Shown here: piece after piece, positions 57,169 through 64,000 of the stretch
Numbering within the stretch: position 1 is the first letter of the stretch
Layout of the letters: each line of letters opens with the position of its first letter
DNA from: a virus
Direction: 5' to 3' (one strand)
Virus record (IMG/VR): IMGVR_UViG_3300031565_005154
Length of the DNA: 64,000 bases
Notes under the pieces: model-generated
Databases searched by the model: none
What the model saw: only the letters and a program-made list of their open reading frames with translations
Told to the model about the DNA's origin: nothing
Translations under genes and position numbers: made by a program

Positions 57169-58538
57169 TAATAATTGTCCTGAATAAATTTATCGAAAGA
57201 AAATTCATCAAAAGATATATGTTTTTGAACGTTTCTACCACTGTTGTAAAATCGTTCGAAGTATAGTCCGTACTCGATTGGATCGATACCGGTAATTCCC
57301 GTGAGATAGTTGATTAGAGAACCAGCACCAGAACCACGCCCCTTCCCTCTAGGACCATGATTTTCATCTACAAATTTGCAAGCGTCCCAGACAATCAGGA
57401 AGTAATCTGCCAATTTAGCTTCCATAATAACAATAAGTTCTCTCTGTAGTCTGTCCCAATATATCCTTTTCTGTTCAGGGGTCAAGTGTGTAAGCTTTGT
57501 TTTTGCGCCTTCGATACAGAGATATTTCAGATATTCATTTGAGTTAAGTTTGAGTTTCGTAGATTCGTCATTTGTGAAAAGCGGTAAATACGGGTTGTGA
57601 CCCAACCCTGAATATTCTATCCGATTTGCAATATCTAATGTAGTTTGAAGTTCTTCCTCCGTGAAGTGTTGTCTCATCTCGTCATAAGAAAGTATATAAT
57701 AATTATCTGATATAAAAAAGTCCATAACATCTTGTCCGGTAGAAATTTTATAATCTTGCGCCTCTTTAGTTGTGTGAAGCGAAGCATAAAGTAAAAGTCT
57801 CTGGTCCTCGGCGTCATTTTTTCTACAATAATGAGAATCGGTCGTCGGCACAACAGGTATTCCAGTTTCTTTACTTAATTCACGAAGACATTCTGCTACG
57901 ACTACCTGCATATCCATTCCAGCGAGTTGAATTTCAAGATAATAATTACCTTTTCCAAATATGGCTAGATGCTCGGCAATGATAGCTTTGCCAACATCTT
58001 TCCAATCTGGTTTGAGATATTCTCTCGAACCCGCTGCGTTTCCATTACGACCCGCCATGATAGCCGCTTTGAAATCAGTGAATAAAGACATCGGTAATTG
58101 TCCGGCTATGCAGGCATTTAAGCAAATTAAATTACCATGTTTAGCAAACGGCGTGATTTGTTCAAGGCTAAGTCGAGGTTTTCTATAAAAATGTTCTGGC
58201 TTATTCGATTCACTCACAAGAGACATTAAATCCTTTATTCCCGCATCGTTTCGAGCTAAAATAATTAAATGATTTCTCTTATTGTTGCCATTATTTTTGA
58301 TAGTTGCGTGTTGTTCACACTGATAAATTTCACAACCAACAATACATTTGATTTTCGCTTTCTGACATTCATCATAAAATGCTTTCATACCAGCCAAGGT
58401 TCCATGGTCAGTGATACTGCATCCAGGTAAACCCAATTCTATACATCTTTTAACTATGTCTTTCGGCGCCGACAAACCATCCAAAAGTGAAAAGTAACTA
58501 TGCTGGTGGAGTGGAATATATGTTTTTGGATTATTCAT
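57168..58538 (-). CDS. dnaE: DNA polymerase III alpha, N-terminal fragment (PHP domain plus linker)
   Basis: LHQHSYFSLLDG...ITDHG...GCEIY...HLIILARN...TTDSHY...YFLIVWD...GRGSGAGSL...FERFYN. Confidence 0.93.
   Translation of the reverse strand: MNNPKTYIPLHQHSYFSLLDGLSAPKDIVKRCIELGLPGCSITDHGTLAGMKAFYDECQKAKIKCIVGCEIYQCEQHATIKNNGNNKRNHLIILARNDAGIKDLMSLVSESNKPEHFYRKPRLSLEQITPFAKHGNLICLNACIAGQLPMSLFTDFKAAIMAGRNGNAAGSREYLKPDWKDVGKAIIAEHLAIFGKGNYYLEIQLAGMDMQVVVAECLRELSKETGIPVVPTTDSHYCRKNDAEDQRLLLYASLHTTKEAQDYKISTGQDVMDFFISDNYYILSYDEMRQHFTEEELQTTLDIANRIEYSGLGHNPYLPLFTNDESTKLKLNSNEYLKYLCIEGAKTKLTHLTPEQKRIYWDRLQRELIVIMEAKLADYFLIVWDACKFVDENHGPRGKGRGSGAGSLINYLTGITGIDPIEYGLYFERFYNSGRNVQKHISFDEFSFDKFIQDNY
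57199..57209. repeat. 11-bp direct repeat copy 2 (GAAAATTCATC) near the dnaE-N 3' end
   Basis: Identical to 56503-56513. Confidence 0.7.
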
Positions 58539-59181
58539 TATTTTGCTTTCCTTGTTTCCCTGCTGGAGTTATTAATGCTTTTTCTGTTGACCAACCAAGT
58601 TTCAAACGCCTTAAGATGGTCCCCTTATGTATCCCCGTTTCCTCTGCCCAAGCTGCAACACATTGAGCTTTTCCGTTATATGTAATTAAACGGTTATTTT
58701 GTCTATTTCTGGCTTGTTGTTTTCTGGTTGCCCACCGACAATTAGATTTACAATACCCTTTATCGTTTTTAATTCTATCCAGAGTAAGTCTTGATGGACG
58801 TTCTCCCATATCTTCAAGAAAATTTGTAAAATTTTCCCATCGTTGACAAACCGTGATTCCTCGACCGCCATAATCCTTATATTGCTTAAAATTAGGATCA
58901 GTGCATCTTTGAATCATACCTCGCCATGATAAATAAGTTGCAGTTGTTCCATTTTTTGTGTTATGACCATGTTTAGTTAATTGTCGTACAACCATTTCTT
59001 TCTGGAAACACCCACAGCTTTGAGTATGACCACTTTTAAGATGATAACCAAGAACGACAATTTCTTTGCCACAATCACACTGACATAGCCATTTTATCTG
59101 TCCCTATTGATTTTTATTAGCATATTTGATAACAATAAGTTTACCAAATTTTTTCCCAATTAAATCAATGAACTTTGGCAT
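58531..59181 (-). pseudogene. HNH homing endonuclease with in-frame TAG at codon 26 (59104-59106); a truncated form could start at ATG 58995
   Basis: MPKFIDLIGKKFGKLIVIKYANKNQ*GQIKWLCQCDCG...QSCGC...MIQRC...YGGRGITVC...LDRIKND.GY..SNCRWA. Confidence 0.8.
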
Positions 59182-59182
59182 T

Positions 59183-60136
59183 TTATTTCTCTGGTTTTCC
59201 AATAGCCAACTGACCTTCACAATCCAGGCCAGCGTAGCGGTCTTCAACATAATCGCCACCCATTGTGTGTAAATCGCTCCACACCCTCGAACATATTCCG
59301 TTGTTATTAAAACCGCACATTTTACAAGTCCAGTGACGGTTTCTGCGAATTAATGTATCCCTTTTAACTGTCGTAAAGAAGCTATGTAAAATAGCTATCG
59401 TTTTAGCTAAGTCATCTTGAGACAAAGCAATCGTAATTGGCCCACCAGAATTTGTATAATAAAAGGTTATTAAAAATTTCTTATACTTGGGATACAAAAA
59501 ATATGCTGCCAAATGATAAAGTCTAGGCTGTATTTCTTTCATCAGCACTACTTCATCAATTGATTCTTGTGTGTAGAAACTTTTTCTCGCACCAGTTTTC
59601 CAGTCTACAATTTCTAATGTTTCTTTGTCGAGTTCGTGGGTAAAGTCTATAAAACCCCGTGATGCAAATTGGTGTGTCTTTCCGTCCTCATCGACACATT
59701 CCCATTCTTTTCCGGGCATTGCGAGCGCGAACCATCGTTCACTATCTATAACGTTAAGATTGTACGGATTGTAAAATTGATCCTCCAATACTGTTTCGAG
59801 TGCTATTCGACATTTTTTGAAATCCGCACATTCCTTAAATCCACCAGTTTCTTTATCGATACGTGTGGTAACTCTTCTTATGGCTATTTCGGGAGATGCT
59901 GCTGTGTGTTCGTCCCAAGCCCTATTGAGTAACCACATGGGATCGACATTAGTCTTGCCGCGTTTGCGCAATTTGACCATCCATTCTAGAGCCTGGTGTA
60001 CAATACTGCCCTGGAGCGCTGCTTTGCCTGCTCGTGATTCTAGACCCAAGATATAGTGGAGGAAATAGGCGAAAGAACAATGGTTGTATAATCCGATTGA
60101 ACTAGCGCTACATCTAACAATTTTCATCTGTTTCAC
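59183..60136 (-). CDS. Cas4/AddB-like PD-(D/E)XK exonuclease with probable Fe-S cysteines
   Basis: SASSIGLYNHC; GSIVHQALE; RGFID...IVDWKTG; QPRLY; C-terminal CKMC...C. Confidence 0.85.
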   Translation of the reverse strand: MKQMKIVRCSASSIGLYNHCSFAYFLHYILGLESRAGKAALQGSIVHQALEWMVKLRKRGKTNVDPMWLLNRAWDEHTAASPEIAIRRVTTRIDKETGGFKECADFKKCRIALETVLEDQFYNPYNLNVIDSERWFALAMPGKEWECVDEDGKTHQFASRGFIDFTHELDKETLEIVDWKTGARKSFYTQESIDEVVLMKEIQPRLYHLAAYFLYPKYKKFLITFYYTNSGGPITIALSQDDLAKTIAILHSFFTTVKRDTLIRRNRHWTCKMCGFNNNGICSRVWSDLHTMGGDYVEDRYAGLDCEGQLAIGKPEK

Positions 60137-60518
60137 TCTTAGTAATAACTTCGTTTCTCCTTATACCCGCTTGCCAATCGAAACTATCATCCAAGTCTGT
60201 TCGACCCACCTCTTCGTAATGCATAATACACATTACGTTGAATATGATAGCGGCACCATGATCCTCATCAGTGTCTCTTTTTATGAATTGATATACGTGT
60301 CTTAATAAACTAGTTATACAGCGAGATACAGGAATACCCTTTGTCCAATTATGTTCATCATATTTCTCAGCACCCCTAGTATACAACATCGCAAGTCGTT
60401 CTAGTGGACCTGGAGGTATTAAATCATAACGTGGCTTACCCTTCTGGGTATCTCTGACAGCACCTCCGTCAAAATCTTCGCGTATTCCAGAATCTTTTGT
60501 GTCAAATTGCTGCGACAT
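60114..60518 (-). CDS. dATP/dGTP diphosphohydrolase (DUF5664-like)
   Basis: KPRYDLIP...GAEKY.EHNW.KGI...SLLRH...EDHGAAIIFN. Confidence 0.8.
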   Translation of the reverse strand: MSQQFDTKDSGIREDFDGGAVRDTQKGKPRYDLIPPGPLERLAMLYTRGAEKYDEHNWTKGIPVSRCITSLLRHVYQFIKRDTDEDHGAAIIFNVMCIMHYEEVGRTDLDDSFDWQAGIRRNEVITKSETDENC

Positions 60519-61674
60519 TACTATCCTCCATTCCGTAACTATCCGAAAGCATTTCTGCCCTAGATGCCTGCTGCAAAATTGGTTCTATTTTTTCTGCGAT
60601 ATCGCTAGTTAGCATATCTCCCACATCCCCTACTGTAGTAGGCGTGACACAGAATACCCTGAAGTAATGTGTCAATTGTTTTTCCAATCTAATCATAGCT
60701 TCCCGGCCAGCGTCATCATTATCAAACGTACACACAACAGTTAATGCACCAGCGTTTTGCAACATCAGTCGTTGTTGGCGAGATATGTTCAAACCTAATA
60801 CCGCTACGCTATTGCGAATACCTGCTGCCTCGTATGCCCAAACATCTCCCGGACCCTCGCACAAAATAACTGTACCGGTTTTACTAATAAAATGCTTAGC
60901 ATACCATATATTGTAAAGACACAATTCTCCATGAAAATCTTTCGAGTGTTTCCATTTAGTATATATTCCACTATATCGAGAATCGGGACAAGTTGAACGT
61001 TCTGGGTGATGATGCATTTTGCAATGTGGACATTTGTCGTAGATACTTCTTCCAGACCATCCCATTATATATCTCCCTGTTACATCAAGGATGGGGAAAA
61101 ATGCTCTTTTGTACATTGGCTTATTTTCTGTATTACAAAATGATATATGATACCTGGCAATAATTTCCGGTGAAATACCTCGATTTGGATAATACACTTG
61201 GTCTGGTTTGAGATGCGATACCATTGTCGCTAGTGGTATTCCGCAACCCTGCATAGCCACTTGTTTCTTTCGATGTTGTTTGACTATCTTAGCTATTTCT
61301 ATATCCTGAGCCGTACTTGCGTCAACATGATATTGTTCTAAACCTAATACCTGTGCTACAAAATTGACCGCTTGTTGAAAATTCCATCTCTTTTCTGTCG
61401 TGCGAGTCATGGCGCCGCGTACCAAACCAAAAATACTTGTCGATGGGCCTGTTATTGGGTCGCGGTGACACCCCCTTGTCTTGCACTGCCAATGATTAGA
61501 CCTGATAGCCCAGAACATCGCCCTTTGATTATCGCCACCATGTACGGGGCAGGCTGCTTGTAAATAATCATGTCGTTCGATATACTCAAGACCAAGAGCA
61601 TCGAATATTTCCACCACACGCTCGCAAGCACGATCCTGGATAAATGAAATATCTTGGGTACTAAACTGCCTCAT
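60502..61674 (-). CDS. dnaG: DNA primase (CHC2-type zinc finger plus TOPRIM)
   Basis: CPVHGGDN...WQCKTRGC; GWSGR; VILCEGPGD; FDNDDAG. Confidence 0.85.
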   Translation of the reverse strand: MRQFSTQDISFIQDRACERVVEIFDALGLEYIERHDYLQAACPVHGGDNQRAMFWAIRSNHWQCKTRGCHRDPITGPSTSIFGLVRGAMTRTTEKRWNFQQAVNFVAQVLGLEQYHVDASTAQDIEIAKIVKQHRKKQVAMQGCGIPLATMVSHLKPDQVYYPNRGISPEIIARYHISFCNTENKPMYKRAFFPILDVTGRYIMGWSGRSIYDKCPHCKMHHHPERSTCPDSRYSGIYTKWKHSKDFHGELCLYNIWYAKHFISKTGTVILCEGPGDVWAYEAAGIRNSVAVLGLNISRQQRLMLQNAGALTVVCTFDNDDAGREAMIRLEKQLTHYFRVFCVTPTTVGDVGDMLTSDIAEKIEPILQQASRAEMLSDSYGMEDSNVAAI

Positions 61675-64000
61675 GTGAAGAATTCTCCAATGCCGATTGT
61701 GTTACCATCGAAAATGGTTGGCCTTCAGATAATTTACCAACATTAAGATTGCTAAGAACATTGATATACTCACCGCGCTCCATACCAGCACCAGACCGTG
61801 TATCTACCACTATTAGTTTTTTGGTGCCATTAGATGGTGGGTCTTCATTTAATTCTGTTTGTGTCTTAGGTTTAAGGATGGTGAAATTTGAACACAACCA
61901 TGCAATTCTATCTGACCCAGAAACCACTTCAGACCCTTCTTTTTCAACACCATCTCTATTGAGTTGCACCGTAGCCAATACAGGTAACTTAAATTTTACT
62001 GCAAAATTGTGCAGTGCTGTAGTTAAAAAACCTAGCAATTGATATTCTTGTAGATTGTTTTTGAATCCGCCATCATCCATTAACTTGATATAATCATAAA
62101 TTATTAAGCACGGCTTGGCTGCACCGCTATCAGTAAATCCTACGGTTTTAGATAACCATCTTCTGGCTATGGAGATAATTGAATGTGGTGCTAAACCAGC
62201 CACCGAAAAGTGATCTATTGGTAGTTGTTCAATATGTTTTTGACATCCCCATAAAGCTTCTGATTCATGTATATCGTACTTGAATTGGCCAGTCTCAACG
62301 TGATTTAGTTCAACGCCAGATACCAACGATGTAAGACGATAAAGTTGTAACTCACTAGTGAGTTCAGTGTCTAGATATAATACTGGAATGTTATTTTCCG
62401 CCATGTTGCGAGCAATATTCATACAAAGGAAGCTGTTATGACTTATAATTCCATTTGTAATAAAGCTATGCCCGTCTGGGATATGAAAATCCGATGTCCA
62501 TGTTTTATCTTCAGACAGGGTCATTATCCTATCAAACAGTAAGTGTTTATCTATTAATGTTTGAATAATTTTGTATTCTTCTAGATGGCTGTACTCATGC
62601 AATTGATTCAGTAATTTTTGGACAATATCTCTTCTGGCCATTCTTGTACCACGAATCCAGTTATTAACAACATCTCTCATATCGTTTCTGTGGCCTGGAA
62701 GAAAATATCCCCGATGATTTTTTATAGCTATTTTTAGTTTTTTAAGTGGTATATTCAGATTAGGAACAGTATCGTTTTTGGTAGATGACATTCTGTGACA
62801 AAACTGATCAAGGGCTTGTTTTTTTCTTTTAATACGAAAACCAATTAAATCCCTGAACATTCTGGCAGACTCCACATTGTGTATGGCAGTTTCCCAATAT
62901 AGACGAGTTTCTGTGTGTCCTGGTGGAACAATGTGTCTCATTCTGGTCTTAGATAATATCCCCAAATTCAATAACATAGCTTTTGTTTGAATCGCTAATT
63001 TTTGAGAATTTGTTGTTACTGTTACACCGTGTTGCTCGACACAACCATCTGCATCAAAATAACCAGATAATGCTTGACAAACAACCTTTTCATTAGCCAT
63101 ACGAATATGTTTTGGGAATATTTTGTATTTGTTTTCATCGTAGAAACCAAATGAAGATATTTTTTTAGCAACATCTACTCTGTTACATCTCAAATGTCTA
63201 TCATCTATTGTGCCAATATCTCCATTATATCTTTCTATAAAAGCTGTAAATTGCTCTCTACAAATTCCATCGAGAGAAGCTAAGTCAACAATTCTGTCGT
63301 TAATGCAACCATCGCCTACCAGGAGACCAAAAACATATGCGTCGTCCAAGTCTACAGCAATGTTTCCCCAACATCTGTCTCCACGTCGGCATACCGTATA
63401 ATCTCCCGGAGATAAGTTTTCAGCATTTTTCCAAATTATTTCTCCGGTTGAATCTAAAACGCGAATGGGATGATTGGGTGTCATAGTTAATGAAGCACCA
63501 TACTTGGTGTAAATTTTAATCACATCCTTATAGCCGTTAACCCATCCGTATTCTGGTTGAACAAGTTTACCATGCTCATTCAGTAATTGTTGCTTAATAT
63601 GATGATATAATCCCCATTCACATTTTACATGAAACATTTCGTATGGCATTAATATACCATCACTGGTTAATATTGCAGTATTAAACGAATCAATGCATTT
63701 TCCGACCTTGGTTCTGGCGCCAACGACATTGACTGTAGCCGGTCTAAAACCACCACCCATTGCCATATCCCAGGCTGGAAAACCCGTTGGTAAACCAACA
63801 ATATCTTGTGGCGATTCAGACAGGGTAGTCATGGTATGTTCGAATTGCTTGCCAAGCGATATTATACCAACACCCTGGGTCATAATTTGACTAGTAAATT
63901 CAAATATTGGTTCTTCGATTTGACCTATGATGTTATCGACATCTTCAGCACCCGTTATTTTTTGAAGATTCTGTTGAATCGTCAAGGCTACCAAATACCC
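61661..64000 (-). CDS. dnaB: Replicative DnaB-family helicase with intein, 5'-truncated by the window edge
   Basis: GLPTGF...VVGARTKVGK|intein|SFL; YLDTE; IIYDYIKL; VQLNR; GSDRI; frame open to position 64000. Confidence 0.93.
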   Translation of the reverse strand, partial: GYLVALTIQQNLQKITGAEDVDNIIGQIEEPIFEFTSQIMTQGVGIISLGKQFEHTMTTLSESPQDIVGLPTGFPAWDMAMGGGFRPATVNVVGARTKVGKCIDSFNTAILTSDGILMPYEMFHVKCEWGLYHHIKQQLLNEHGKLVQPEYGWVNGYKDVIKIYTKYGASLTMTPNHPIRVLDSTGEIIWKNAENLSPGDYTVCRRGDRCWGNIAVDLDDAYVFGLLVGDGCINDRIVDLASLDGICREQFTAFIERYNGDIGTIDDRHLRCNRVDVAKKISSFGFYDENKYKIFPKHIRMANEKVVCQALSGYFDADGCVEQHGVTVTTNSQKLAIQTKAMLLNLGILSKTRMRHIVPPGHTETRLYWETAIHNVESARMFRDLIGFRIKRKKQALDQFCHRMSSTKNDTVPNLNIPLKKLKIAIKNHRGYFLPGHRNDMRDVVNNWIRGTRMARRDIVQKLLNQLHEYSHLEEYKIIQTLIDKHLLFDRIMTLSEDKTWTSDFHIPDGHSFITNGIISHNSFLCMNIARNMAENNIPVLYLDTELTSELQLYRLTSLVSGVELNHVETGQFKYDIHESEALWGCQKHIEQLPIDHFSVAGLAPHSIISIARRWLSKTVGFTDSGAAKPCLIIYDYIKLMDDGGFKNNLQEYQLLGFLTTALHNFAVKFKLPVLATVQLNRDGVEKEGSEVVSGSDRIAWLCSNFTILKPKTQTELNEDPPSNGTKKLIVVDTRSGAGMERGEYINVLSNLNVGKLSEGQPFSMVTQSALENSSHEAV
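62435..63697 (-). mobile_element. Intein (421 aa) with LAGLIDADG endonuclease in the DnaB Walker A motif
   Basis: GK|CIDSFN...FITNGIISHN|S; FGLLVGDGC and LSGYFDADGC. Confidence 0.92.

Noticed and set aside
56261-57212. Group I intron carrying the HNH inside dnaE
   Set aside because: A formal U|...G| splice can be drawn (GT|T CAT), but the interval is entirely occupied by overlapping ORFs, is AT-rich, and shows no recognisable P3-P7 core. Not formally excluded without an Infernal search.
55574-58538. Split-intein-mediated rejoining of dnaE fragments
   Set aside because: No Hint-domain blocks at any fragment end, in contrast to the obvious inteins in the RNA ligase and DnaB.
59104-59106. Genome-wide TAG stop-codon recoding suggested by the in-frame amber in an HNH gene
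   Set aside because: Long genes are intact under the standard code, and many end at TAG with tightly packed neighbours (e.g. 2803, 4861, 11343). One amber in a selfish gene is better explained as a nonsense mutation.
59183-60136. CRISPR-Cas system implied by the Cas4-like nuclease
   Set aside because: No repeat-spacer array or other cas genes seen; solo Cas4/AddB-like nucleases are common in phage replication modules.

Overview
The window is a 64-kb internal fragment of a large dsDNA tailed-phage genome; both terminal ORFs run off the window edges and the host cannot be determined from the sequence. The + strand (1-35.7 kb) carries head-tail joining and tail genes: a tail-tube-like gene, a 1431-aa tape measure protein, LamG/repeat tail proteins and no recognisable sheath gene. 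Between them lies an accessory block with NAD-dependent DNA ligase, Hpt, an intein-containing RNA ligase, a DarG-like macrodomain, a cREC receiver, DUF4326, SLOG, a NADAR-like protein, tRNA-Pro(UGG) and a tRNA-like RNA with an extended anticodon arm. The - strand (35.7-64 kb) is a replication/recombination operon: intein-containing DnaB, primase, a dNTP diphosphohydrolase, a Cas4/AddB-like nuclease, SSB, a sigma factor, a Whirly-like protein and an SSAP-like protein. It is interleaved with two glycan/methyltransferase cassettes. Most striking: (1) DnaE is broken into three intein-less ORFs, separated by an HNH gene and by a 7.7-kb sugar-pathway cassette; (2) two distinct phage promoter classes occur next to a phage sigma factor, namely GGAAC-N16-(C/G)GTA(T/C)AAT in 6 exact-spacing copies and a -10-only (G/T)GTGTATAA in 7 copies; (3) orphan macrodomain and NADAR enzymes may together counter both DarTG types; (4) about ten homing-endonuclease-type elements are present, including a nonsense-mutated copy and an internally deleted remnant. 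All product calls come from motif recognition by eye; no database searches were run.
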